Shown piece by piece: positions 21,939 through 31,569 of a DNA stretch of 64,000 nucleotides. The notes beneath the pieces were generated by a model. The model saw only the letters and a list, made by a program, of their open reading frames with translations. It searched no databases and was not told the DNA's origin. Location: positions 1,504,001 to 1,568,000 of the forward strand of contig OZ240211.1 in assembly GCA_965197525.1 (NCBI GenBank), given 5' to 3'. This stretch comes from Nitrosopumilus sp. (lineage in GTDB: Archaea; Thermoproteota; Nitrososphaeria; Nitrososphaerales; Nitrosopumilaceae). A program made the position numbers and the translations under genes. How positions within the stretch are numbered: position 1 is the first letter of the stretch; each line of letters opens with the position of its first letter.

Positions 21939-22584
21939 TTTTTCTCTCCAACATTCCAAAACCTTTTGATACACTTTTACCTATTCCTACATATTCTGGA
22001 AGAGATAGATTAGTTACAAAACTAGCATAAAAGCCTGAAAAACTATGTTTATGTGCAATTATTGGTACTTGTCTAAACTGGTTGATTTTCACATAGAGAT
22101 CGTAATCTATGGTACAATCAAGACCTCTCATCATACTGAGAAGATTGCCTGTTAATATCTTCTCTAACATGTTTATATGAAATCGTTTATCAAGTGTATT
22201 ATACTTTCTGTAATTATCTGTATTTAACGCAATCCAAGGAGTAGCAAAATTATATTCAGTGATATCTTGTGTTATTGTATGAGTTTTACGTGAGAAGATA
22301 ATATTATTAACAGATAATTCAGCGTTCTTTAAATATATATTTTCTAAATCTGACAGTTTCTCTTGTACAACGTCAGCAAATTGTTCAATACCTAATACAA
22401 ATAATTTGTTTTTTATTCTTTTGTACTGTATAAGTGGATATCTGTATGGCTTGTCATCATGGTGATGAAATTCGGTCTCTTGTGCAAATTTATGACCTAC
22501 ATATGATCTTAGTTGCGTTGCAGACAATACCAAATCTGTATTAACTGCAATATCACAATAACAAACTGTTATTTGCTTATCCAT
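21928..22584 (-). CDS. cas6: CRISPR-associated endoribonuclease Cas6
   Basis: LRSYVG..FHHH..YRYPLIQYK, F.TPWIALN, Gly-rich loop GIGKSVSKGFG. Confidence 0.93.
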   Translation of the reverse strand: MDKQITVCYCDIAVNTDLVLSATQLRSYVGHKFAQETEFHHHDDKPYRYPLIQYKRIKNKLFVLGIEQFADVVQEKLSDLENIYLKNAELSVNNIIFSRKTHTITQDITEYNFATPWIALNTDNYRKYNTLDKRFHINMLEKILTGNLLSMMRGLDCTIDYDLYVKINQFRQVPIIAHKHSFSGFYASFVTNLSLPEYVGIGKSVSKGFGMLERKIDS

Positions 22585-22646
22585 TTATCTAATCCCATGC
22601 ACTGTCATAAAACTCTTTTAATTTATCTTTTTTTAATAAAAATAAA

Positions 22647-22747
22647 GTACGTGTTCACGTAGTTTGAGAAAATTTTCTGTTACAAGCACAAGTTTGGCAT
22701 ATTTTGAGAACATTCCTTATTTTTTATGTACGACGTGAACACATACC
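22647..22747. promoter_or_regulatory. Symmetric element between the divergent cas operons: ~17 bp imperfect inverted repeat enclosing two TTTGAGAA(A/C)ATT boxes
   Basis: GTACGTGTTCACGTAGT (22647-22663) versus ACGACGTGAACACATAC (~22730-22747); palindrome AGAAAATTTTCT at 22667-22678. Confidence 0.55.
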
Positions 22748-22903
22748 AAATAGACTAGATGTAGATTCAATATCATATTCGGTCAGTTTGTACAAGTATT
22801 AAGACATTATATTTGTCTCATTATATAATATTTTGTTCGTAGATATGTTTGATGATAATTTTACATCAAATCATAATGTTTTCAAACCCACCATCATCAG
22901 AAA

Positions 22904-24688
22904 TTGATCTTGTTCTCAATCTGGCCTCTCACTATGGCAGTCTATATAACATATTTATACAAGATATCAAATACTGATCCATTGCTTGCTAATGAACTTT
23001 ACCAGTTAAACAAATATTCCAATAGAAATAATCCCAAAAGACAACTAGCAATAAAAAAAATCTTCTGTGAAAACAATCAGATTCTAGTAGACAAAAAAAC
23101 CTTGGAAGATTACGGCTCAGTCGTTACTAAAAAAACAAAGTACCTACAGGAGTGTCTCCAAATGCCTTTGAATACTATTAACGCTGAAAAACTTAATCTG
23201 CCAGATTTTAGAACTGGTAGTGCATCATCAAATCCATACATCGAGGTTTATGGCGAATTAAAAACGAATAGCACAGCAGAAACAAAGATTACACTTTCAG
23301 TAGGGAAAAAAGATAGTAACGAAGAAAAGAACAACTATATCGAATATGTTTTAGATTTAACAAATGGAGAAATTACAAAAGCATCCAATGGTAAAATAAT
23401 CCTAAAACTAGATAGAGAAAAATATTTTGCAGGATCAGAAACATTGTTTTCCAAATATGTTGCTACAGGATTAATCAATGAAAACAGCAATTTGAATGCT
23501 AAAAAATATGATGAAATAATCCAAAAATTCTTAAAATTTACAAAAGAAAAAGAAATAAAAATAGAAAAGAGTGGAAGTGTACCATTTCGAATTTATATTT
23601 TGCCTACTATATTGGAAATAAAATACAAATCTGTCCAAAAAGAAGAATCAGGAGATAGATTTACAGATTATTTTGGAAACAAGGTAACAAAATATGCATC
23701 AACACCTACTAAACTGACCAAGTTTCTAACATTTGATGATCCAGCATTTACCATCAACTGTACAAAAAAAGAAAAGTTTTACCAAAATTTGGGAATAGGT
23801 GATACAACCAAAGAAAAGGTGTATATCGATGCGGCCAAAATATTTAGTATCAGTGGTTTAGAGTGGACTTTTGTAAATATAACGAATCCAGATTATGAAT
23901 TTGAGGATACAAAAAAAGGAATACTGACGCAACTATATAAGAATTACCAAAAACTAGCACAAGATAGTGGTACTACAACCAATGCATATATGAAAATAAT
24001 ATGTGTTAAAAAAAATAATGCCAAACAGGAAATAATAATTGATGAAAATTTGACAATGGATAAGATGAAAAAACTATTTTCAAATATACAAGTCGTACCA
24101 CCACCATTATGTCTTGAAATATTGATTGATAATCCGTCTCAAAATACAACAATCTGGGACACATATCTTTATGTTGTAAAACATTTTCTTGCAGGAAACA
24201 ATGTGCCAAAAAATTATCTATTGTCATATTTCCATAAAATTTTAAAACAAAAAAGATATGAGTGGTTAAAACTCAAATCACAAAATGACCAAAATGAATT
24301 CTTTACAAAAACAGATTTTTGTTTAGAACATTTATTTAATCAAGAAATAAACGACAACTACATGGATAAAAATGAAGAATTTGCAGAAAAAGTTGGCAAA
24401 ATAGTGAAATTGTATATAGAGTTTAAACAAAAAAATAAAGAAAATGATAATTCACTATCAGATATTTTGGCATATGCAAAATACGATCGAGAGAAATTAC
24501 GCTTTGTCATATCACGAATAGGTCGTGGCATACAGTTGTCTAAAATTGATAATAATCTGAAAGAAGATGTTACACAAAAAATCAGACATATTCAACCCAA
24601 TGAAGAGATTGACGACACGGTTGCATCAAAGGATTACTCTTACTTTTTTTTCAAAGGCTATTATAGTAATACGGAGAGAACAGCATGA
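22904..24688 (+). CDS. cas8b: Type I-B large subunit (divergent Cas8b-like) with C-terminal Cas11-like domain
   Basis: Position first in the cas8-7-5-3 operon, size, and helical C-terminus ending YFFFKGYY; 5' start uncertain (possible frameshifted start at ATG 22876). Confidence 0.75.
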   Translation: MILFSIWPLTMAVYITYLYKISNTDPLLANELYQLNKYSNRNNPKRQLAIKKIFCENNQILVDKKTLEDYGSVVTKKTKYLQECLQMPLNTINAEKLNLPDFRTGSASSNPYIEVYGELKTNSTAETKITLSVGKKDSNEEKNNYIEYVLDLTNGEITKASNGKIILKLDREKYFAGSETLFSKYVATGLINENSNLNAKKYDEIIQKFLKFTKEKEIKIEKSGSVPFRIYILPTILEIKYKSVQKEESGDRFTDYFGNKVTKYASTPTKLTKFLTFDDPAFTINCTKKEKFYQNLGIGDTTKEKVYIDAAKIFSISGLEWTFVNITNPDYEFEDTKKGILTQLYKNYQKLAQDSGTTTNAYMKIICVKKNNAKQEIIIDENLTMDKMKKLFSNIQVVPPPLCLEILIDNPSQNTTIWDTYLYVVKHFLAGNNVPKNYLLSYFHKILKQKRYEWLKLKSQNDQNEFFTKTDFCLEHLFNQEINDNYMDKNEEFAEKVGKIVKLYIEFKQKNKENDNSLSDILAYAKYDREKLRFVISRIGRGIQLSKIDNNLKEDVTQKIRHIQPNEEIDDTVASKDYSYFFFKGYYSNTERTA

Positions 24689-25611
24689 CAATGGAAATTT
24701 TATTCTATTATGAATCAATGCAAAACCCAAATGGTGATCCAGGATTTGAGAATCAACCACGATTAATGCCAGATGATACTATAATGGTAACAGATGTAAG
24801 AATCAAAAGAACAATGCGAGATTATGCCAGAGATGTGAAAAACGAAGTGTTATTTGTCGATTATGATGAAGATGGTAATGCAATTACGGCCGATGGAAAA
24901 GCTAAGGAAATTGTAGGTTCCCTCGACGGAGATGTAATCAAAGGCCTGCTAGAAAAAACATTTGATGTGCCTCTTTTTGGAGCCCTTGTTCCAATAAGAG
25001 GAAGTCAAGGTGTAGAGGGACGATCAGAAAAACTAACAGGACCATTACAATTTGGAATCTCTAGAAGTGTAAATAAAGTGCAGATTGTCAATCCTTCAAT
25101 AGTAGGCAGGTTTGTTGGTAAAGAAAAAACTGGAAAGCAGTTTTCAACGTTTGGGAAATTTTATTCTGTAGAATATGCACTAATAAAAGTACAAGGTGCC
25201 ATAAATCCCAGAAATCTTACAAAATATTCAAAAGATAAAACAATCATGCAGAAATTCAATGAAAAAGTGGATATGGTTAGTGAATGTTTATGGGAAGGAA
25301 CAAACCATTTAATCACAAGATCCAAGTATCCTCAACGCAGTATCTTATACATTGATGTCGATTACAAAGACAAAATATACAATGATTTGCCAGGATTAGT
25401 TAACGAGAGCAAGCAGTTAAAAGAAGATATGGTAAAGAGCCTAGGCAATTCACCTTTTGATTTCTCAGAATTGATCGCAGTTATGACAAAAAGAAAATCA
25501 GAAATTAATAAGATCAGAATTCGTGGCTCTGAAGAAATTGACAATGACATTTTAAAATTGAAATCAGACCTCAAAAAGAACGGAATTAAAGTAGAGATTC
25601 TTTCAGATTGA
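24685..25611 (+). CDS. cas7: Type I-B backbone subunit Cas7 (Csh2)
   Basis: NPNGDPGFENQPR, VTDVRIKRTMRDY, DVPLFGA, LTGPLQFG. Confidence 0.95.
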   Translation: MTMEILFYYESMQNPNGDPGFENQPRLMPDDTIMVTDVRIKRTMRDYARDVKNEVLFVDYDEDGNAITADGKAKEIVGSLDGDVIKGLLEKTFDVPLFGALVPIRGSQGVEGRSEKLTGPLQFGISRSVNKVQIVNPSIVGRFVGKEKTGKQFSTFGKFYSVEYALIKVQGAINPRNLTKYSKDKTIMQKFNEKVDMVSECLWEGTNHLITRSKYPQRSILYIDVDYKDKIYNDLPGLVNESKQLKEDMVKSLGNSPFDFSELIAVMTKRKSEINKIRIRGSEEIDNDILKLKSDLKKNGIKVEILSD

Positions 25612-26342
25612 TATCAATTTCGTTTAAAATATCAGGTTCGTTTGCTGCATTTAGAGATCCATCAGTAACATCAAACCAAACCTCATATTATATTCCTTCA
25701 AAAAGTGCGGTTGTAGGAATGTTGGGTGCAATGATTGGAATCAAACGTTCAAACAATCTGGGAGAAATATATAGCGAGGAATATCAACAATTCTTCAAAA
25801 ACATAAAAATTGGATTGCAGTTTGAATCAGAGCCTAAAAAAGTGATGTTTTTTACCAATCATCGGTCATTGAAGGAGGCAAAAACGAAACCATTCAAAAA
25901 AGAATTGCTTGAGAATCCAGTATATACAGTATATGTTTGGACGAATGATGATCTCAGACAAAAACTCTCAAATGCGCTACAAAAACACGAGTTTGTATAT
26001 TCGCCGTATTTTGGACATGCTTACTGTCAAACAGAGGTTTCTAATTTTAAACAACATGATACCCAAGAAGTTGATCCCATAGATCAAAAAACCAAATGTG
26101 TTATATTGGATGAAACAGAAACATATGATAGAGATTTTAAGTTGAAATTGGAAAAAATTACTGACGGATCTGTAATTATTGAGAGACATATACATCATTT
26201 TTTTAAAAATGGAACATTAGATGGACGTGTACTAAAACATTGGATCCCCACCATGAATTCAGAGTTCGAAATTATAAAATATTCCTCAAGCAATCTATCA
26301 AAATTTTACAAAATGGGTAATTATGTCGTCTGTGCATATTAA
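25608..26342 (+). CDS. cas5: Type I-B Cas5
   Basis: GSFAAFRDP..SY.IPSKSAVVGMLGAMIG, LLENPVY, PYFG. Confidence 0.94.
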   Translation: MISISFKISGSFAAFRDPSVTSNQTSYYIPSKSAVVGMLGAMIGIKRSNNLGEIYSEEYQQFFKNIKIGLQFESEPKKVMFFTNHRSLKEAKTKPFKKELLENPVYTVYVWTNDDLRQKLSNALQKHEFVYSPYFGHAYCQTEVSNFKQHDTQEVDPIDQKTKCVILDETETYDRDFKLKLEKITDGSVIIERHIHHFFKNGTLDGRVLKHWIPTMNSEFEIIKYSSSNLSKFYKMGNYVVCAY

Positions 26343-28557
26343 AGAATTTTTATCCCATCCTATAGGTAACAGTGGAAAGCATTATTCTCTAATGAATCAC
26401 CTTTTGGAAGTGGGAAAAACATCCAAAAAACTTTTCTCTGAAACAAAATTTAATGATACATCCATAGCATTTTATTCTGGATTGTTGCACGACATTGGAA
26501 AATTAAATCAAATATATCAAGATATATTCCATGAACCAAAAAAAGGAGATAGAGACAGGGTACAAAATAATGCATTAAAAACATATGAACAAAAACATTC
26601 AGTATTTTCTGCATGGGCTGCTGACAAATTATTGGCAAAAAGTGATTTGAAAGATGATACAATTAATAAGATTTTGGTATTGATTTATGGGCATCATACA
26701 AAGTTAAAATATAGTTTGGGACGACCGGTTCAAAACAAGAACTTTGTAGCGTCACAAAACTCAATCAAAATAGCATTACCAAAATTTCAATCAGAAACAT
26801 CTAAAATTCCAGAATTGGCAAAACTGAATTGGGATTCGTGTTTGAGGCGATTCCCACGAACGATAGAGTTTGACGTAAACCTAGAATCAAATAAATTTCC
26901 AGACGACTATCTAGAAATGTCCTGTGCATTTTCATGCCTTCTTCAGGCAGATAGAGGTAGTTTCTCAGAATGGTCAATACCTGATTTTGATTTGAAAATA
27001 AGTACAGACGGATTAGTAAAACCTGACTCAGATTTAAGTAAATTACGAACAAATTTTCAAGAACATGTGATGAAGAATATCAATCCTGATGAACCGATCA
27101 CTGTAATCAATGCACCTACAGGAATTGGTAAAACTAAGGTGTTTTTGGATATGATGGATGAATATGCTAAAGATAAAAATATCAAACGCGTCTTTTATTT
27201 TTCACCTTTACTTGCACTAACAGCAGATTTTGAAAAGAAGATAGCGGAATTGATTTCAAACGAAGAATACGAAAATGTTTTAGTGTATAATCACTTGTTT
27301 TCAGGATCATTAGAAGACAGGTGTAAGGATGATGATTCTAAATACTCCAACAGATGGGTATTTGAGAATGAATCATTTAATAAAAAATTTATCGTTACAA
27401 CTACACAAAGACTTTTGATGACAATTTATGGTAACAGTGTATCTGACAAAATGAAGATGGCATCATTCATAAATTCAGTATTGATAATTGATGAAATTCA
27501 AACAATACCAAAATCAATTATATCAAACCTAAAAAAGATTTTCAGAAAAATGAATGAGTGTATGGGAACAAAATTCTTGCTAGTGAGTGCAACAATCCCG
27601 CATGAGATTCGAGATATTAAACAAATTGGACCGCCAAAAGATGATTTAAGTGAGTATTTAACGAAAACAAAAAAACAAATTTCAATAGTTGAACGACTTG
27701 ATATTCAAAAAATTCCAATAGAAAAAACGTTAGTCATGGCAAATACCAGAAAAAAAGCAATAAACCTGTATTCTAAGATCAAGCAAGTATATCAGAATGC
27801 TAAAATCATGTATATTTCCACAGGAATTAGAAAAAAAGATAGACAAGACATATTGGAAAAACTAGTAGATGATTCAGATTATATTCTAGTATCTACACAG
27901 GTAGTTGAAGCTGGAGTAGATATTAGTTTTTCACATGTATATAGAGAAGAAGCACCTATGGACAACATTGTTCAGGTTATGGGAAGATTGAACAGAGAAG
28001 CTGAAAATAATGATGCAGAATTAACTATATACAAAACTGATGGTAATCCCATCCCATATAGTCCATTAGAGTTCGAAGTTACACAGGAAAAGATTAGAGA
28101 CAAAACAGATTCTGTACAAATCTACGATATTTTAGACGAATACTATTCTGAGATCTCGGCCAGAAATGCACGTAATGTGGACGATACAGAGAAATTGGAA
28201 AGACATATGACAAGAATGGATTTTGAGGAAGTATGGAAATTTGTCAAAAATAAGGTCTTTCAAGAAAATGATCGCGATACCGTGTTCGTTCCAAATTGTA
28301 AAGAATGGGACGACGTCAAAAAAGGATTATTGGATGGATTAAATTCCAACAAACTAAAACACAATTTCAAAAGATTTGGGAATCTGACGGCGTCACTTCC
28401 AAAACTACCAAAAGAGGAAAGATTAAGATTATTTGATGAAGAGTTGATAGATAAGAATATCTTGTTACCAAAAAAAGAACATTTGCAAACAGTTTACGAT
28501 GAAAAGATGGGATTAGACAAATGGTTACAAGAAGACGAATCAAATGACAATCTTTAA
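26323..28557 (+). CDS. cas3: Cas3 HD nuclease-helicase
   Basis: HL..V, LLHDIGK, GHHT, QAD; APTGIGKT, DEIQ, SAT, STQVVEAGVDI, QVMGRLNR. Confidence 0.97.
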   Translation: MSSVHIKEFLSHPIGNSGKHYSLMNHLLEVGKTSKKLFSETKFNDTSIAFYSGLLHDIGKLNQIYQDIFHEPKKGDRDRVQNNALKTYEQKHSVFSAWAADKLLAKSDLKDDTINKILVLIYGHHTKLKYSLGRPVQNKNFVASQNSIKIALPKFQSETSKIPELAKLNWDSCLRRFPRTIEFDVNLESNKFPDDYLEMSCAFSCLLQADRGSFSEWSIPDFDLKISTDGLVKPDSDLSKLRTNFQEHVMKNINPDEPITVINAPTGIGKTKVFLDMMDEYAKDKNIKRVFYFSPLLALTADFEKKIAELISNEEYENVLVYNHLFSGSLEDRCKDDDSKYSNRWVFENESFNKKFIVTTTQRLLMTIYGNSVSDKMKMASFINSVLIIDEIQTIPKSIISNLKKIFRKMNECMGTKFLLVSATIPHEIRDIKQIGPPKDDLSEYLTKTKKQISIVERLDIQKIPIEKTLVMANTRKKAINLYSKIKQVYQNAKIMYISTGIRKKDRQDILEKLVDDSDYILVSTQVVEAGVDISFSHVYREEAPMDNIVQVMGRLNREAENNDAELTIYKTDGNPIPYSPLEFEVTQEKIRDKTDSVQIYDILDEYYSEISARNARNVDDTEKLERHMTRMDFEEVWKFVKNKVFQENDRDTVFVPNCKEWDDVKKGLLDGLNSNKLKHNFKRFGNLTASLPKLPKEERLRLFDEELIDKNILLPKKEHLQTVYDEKMGLDKWLQEDESNDNL

Positions 28558-28827
28558 CTTTTTTTGTAACTGTATAGTTTTGTATTGTCCTGAAAATAGT
28601 TCACCCCTCACATCTGGCTCATAGCCTAGGTGGGCGTGTTCCATGACTGCTTTTTTCAGCGGCATGGCATTCCATGTAAAATCTATGAAAAATGCAGTCA
28701 ACTTGTCCATTACTGGAAACAGTGGTGTGTGGGTCCGCAGTGGAAATATTCTACTATAGAGATTATAGCAACGCGCACAAGTTTCTGTACAGCCAATTTC
28801 TGGGCATCGTCGTCCCTTTACCATCAC
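28540..28827 (-). pseudogene. Cys-rich ORF, possibly a degenerate IS1/IS1595-type zinc-ribbon remnant
   Basis: GRRCPEIGC..CARCYNLYSRIFPLRTHTPLF loosely resembles transposase Zn-ribbon N-termini; no DDE domain seen. Confidence 0.25.
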
Positions 28828-28973
28828 ATCTTTGTGTAAATCACCGTCTGCTGCATTCCGAACAGCATCTGTATACCTTTAACGTATTTTTTTCACACAG
28901 ATTTGTAAAATAGTTTGGATCTGAATTGATTGTTAGCGGTCTGAGATATCGGCACGTCTACTCTTTGATACAC

Positions 28974-29969
28974 TTACAACCAATGCGGAATTTCAAGATA
29001 CTCACCAACACTCTCTTTTCGTAAAATTTTGAGGAGGGCATTTGCCTGTGGAGTAGATAGGACCGGTTTGTCAAATTGATTATCTGTAGAAATTCGCGGA
29101 CATGCCACCTGAATAAAGGCATCAATTCCTCTAAGATTCTGTAATCGCTCATTTGTGATGTCAGTTAGTGCAAATAGCTGGACGTCTTTTCCTTCCTTCT
29201 CCAACTCTTTTTTCATCTTTAATGCAAAGATTTTTGAGAGCTGTCCCTCTTTTAGTCCAATGATCACTCCAAATGATTGTGCGTCAGCAGCTTTGTATAC
29301 TGCAAGCGTTGCCTTTTTTTTTAATTTCTGTGCAAACTCTGTGACTTCCCTTACTTCATTAAAGTATGGATCTAAAACAAATGTTGGTAGATTAGTTGAT
29401 AATGCAATACCTGCCGCATGAAAGTTACTCTGTCCAAGAAACACGTAGGCGTCAACTGTTTTTTTTAACTCTGTTGCGGGATAAAATTCACAACCAAACA
29501 CTTGACCGTCATTTAACTGCCCCTTCCCTTTTCCAATTCTAACATCAATCCCATTTACCGTCAAAATTTTTTTTACTTTATCAATCTGGTGTAAATGTTG
29601 GCTGTCGGTAACTAGTGACACTGTTTTGCCTTTCAAATCCTTTGCACACTTTTCTGCAACATCATCAAATGACACATTATCAAAAGCATCAATCAAAACC
29701 ATATTTTTCTCTAATGACTCTGTGTTTATTGTATGGCCAATATTAAACTGAATCTCTGCTCCTAATACTTTTGAACCGTTTGTATTCAAGTCACAAGTTC
29801 CCCAGGTTGTATCTGCTAGAACATAAGCTGGAATTTTATATTTTTTTGATATCTTTACTGCCATATCTTGAACTTGAGGCAACATACCATCAGGACCATT
29901 TAGCGAAACTGAAGCCGGATCCTTTGATTCTATCTCTTTGAATATTCTCTCTTCGTCTATTACTATCAA
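28974..29969 (-). CDS. dph2: Diphthamide biosynthesis enzyme Dph2
   Basis: TTWGTCD, GQVFGCEF, FHAAG, VACPRIS Fe-S cysteines. Confidence 0.95.
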   Translation of the reverse strand: MIVIDEERIFKEIESKDPASVSLNGPDGMLPQVQDMAVKISKKYKIPAYVLADTTWGTCDLNTNGSKVLGAEIQFNIGHTINTESLEKNMVLIDAFDNVSFDDVAEKCAKDLKGKTVSLVTDSQHLHQIDKVKKILTVNGIDVRIGKGKGQLNDGQVFGCEFYPATELKKTVDAYVFLGQSNFHAAGIALSTNLPTFVLDPYFNEVREVTEFAQKLKKKATLAVYKAADAQSFGVIIGLKEGQLSKIFALKMKKELEKEGKDVQLFALTDITNERLQNLRGIDAFIQVACPRISTDNQFDKPVLSTPQANALLKILRKESVGEYLEIPHWL

Positions 29970-30026
29970 TTCATATTAGAACGTAAAATTATTAATTTAA
30001 ATCAATTGAAATTATACAACAACTAA

Positions 30027-31397
30027 ATGACTGAGGTTTTGCATCCGGCCATGCAAGAAGATAAGGAAGAAGAAACTGTTCTTCACATTGGTTTTGATGA
30101 TACTGATTCGCCCAAGGGCATGTGTACTACATTCCTTGCCTACAAGATTGTTGACTGTCTTTACAAACAAAAAGACGACGTTGAATTCCTTGATCTTCCA
30201 AGATTAATTAGGTTCAATCCTAATATTCCATGGAAGACTAGAGGGAACGGGGCAGTCTCTCTTAAACTAAAGACTCGTACCCCCTCAAAAATCAAAAATC
30301 AAGTCACACGTCTTGTATCTAAATACTCTGATACTGCAAATGGCGCAAACCCTGGATTAGTATTCTTTGAGGGTGATACTATCCCATACGAATTCACTGA
30401 ATTTAGTAACTTGGCTTTATGGCAATTAATCAATAGACGACACGCCAAACAGTTTGCCAAAAAAAACAATCTTGAAATTTATTATAAAGGGAATGGTCAA
30501 GGATTGGTAGGTTCCATTGGTGCAATAGGGTACCACTTTGATGATCATACATTTGAGCTTTTAAGTTATCGTAAAAGACGGAGATTTGGCAGCAAGAGAC
30601 AGCTTGTAACTCAGAGTGTCAAAATTATGCAAGAAAAAACCCTACCTAATACATTTAACAGTTTTGATACAAAAAAAGGACGAGTTTTAATCACTCCTCA
30701 CGGACCTGATCCTGTTTTTTATGGCATTCGTGGCGAAGATATAGATTCACTACTTTATGCTAGCACAATTTTGAAGAGTAATGAAAAATTAGACGGTCAC
30801 ATGGTGTTCAAATCCAATCAGGGTACAGGCGATCATTTAAAAAATGAGTTAAATGCTGATAATATGAAACCGTTTGCATCTGGAAAGATTTCTGGAGTTG
30901 TCTCTAATACACCACATATCATCAAGGGGGGTCACGTCTTTTTTAAGATCATGTCGCATGATCATGAATTCTGGTGTGCAGTCTACAAACCCACTGGAAT
31001 CTCAACTGTTGCTTTACATTTAATTCAAGGCGATCGCATATCCGTAGGCGGTGGAATCAGGCGAGCTACAAAAAACTTTCCTAGGATCATAAATATCGAA
31101 TATCTTGACGTCCTCTGTCTTGAAGCCAATCACTCCACGTCAAATCCTTTTTGTAAACGTTGTAACAAAAAAATGAAATCCAAAGGTCGTACCCAGGGAT
31201 TTCAATGCATTCGTTGCAAGAGCACATCATCCCAGAAGATTACCATAAATATCCCAAGAGAGATCAAAGAACAACTCTATCTTCCAGAGATGTCGGCCCA
31301 CAGGCACCTGACTAGACCTCTACAGAGAATCGGGGTTTGCAACAAACCTGTAAAATTTGATAGTTCCATCTCTTGGTTTTGTGTTTATGAAGATTAA
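30027..31397 (+). CDS. tiaS: tRNA(Ile2) agmatinylcytidine synthetase
   Basis: GFDDTDSPKGMCTT, NPNIPWKTRGNG, PHGPDPVFYGIRG, SNQGT, Zn ribbon CKRC..CIRC, HLTRP. Confidence 0.96.
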   Translation: MTEVLHPAMQEDKEEETVLHIGFDDTDSPKGMCTTFLAYKIVDCLYKQKDDVEFLDLPRLIRFNPNIPWKTRGNGAVSLKLKTRTPSKIKNQVTRLVSKYSDTANGANPGLVFFEGDTIPYEFTEFSNLALWQLINRRHAKQFAKKNNLEIYYKGNGQGLVGSIGAIGYHFDDHTFELLSYRKRRRFGSKRQLVTQSVKIMQEKTLPNTFNSFDTKKGRVLITPHGPDPVFYGIRGEDIDSLLYASTILKSNEKLDGHMVFKSNQGTGDHLKNELNADNMKPFASGKISGVVSNTPHIIKGGHVFFKIMSHDHEFWCAVYKPTGISTVALHLIQGDRISVGGGIRRATKNFPRIINIEYLDVLCLEANHSTSNPFCKRCNKKMKSKGRTQGFQCIRCKSTSSQKITINIPREIKEQLYLPEMSAHRHLTRPLQRIGVCNKPVKFDSSISWFCVYED

Positions 31398-31398
31398 G

Positions 31399-31488
31399 TA
31401 GCGGGGAGTAGATTTGAACTACTGATTTGCGGGTTATGAGCCCGCCGGGATGACTTTGCCCTAAATAGTCTGACTTCCCCACCCCGCT
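31399..31488 (-). tRNA. Initiator tRNA-Met (CAT) with a 15 nt non-canonical D-loop intron (31455-31469)
   Basis: AGCGGGG/CCCCGCT acceptor (A1-U72), GCGGG-CTCATAA-CCCGC anticodon arm, TTCAAAT T-loop; removing ACTATTTAGGGCAAA gives the D-loop AGTCAGGTCA. Confidence 0.92.
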
Positions 31489-31569
31489 GAAGATAAATAA
31501 AGTTCAGCCGTATATACTCTTTATCAAATTTTTGAAGGTAATTATAGTATTCACGCAGATCCTCTTTTT

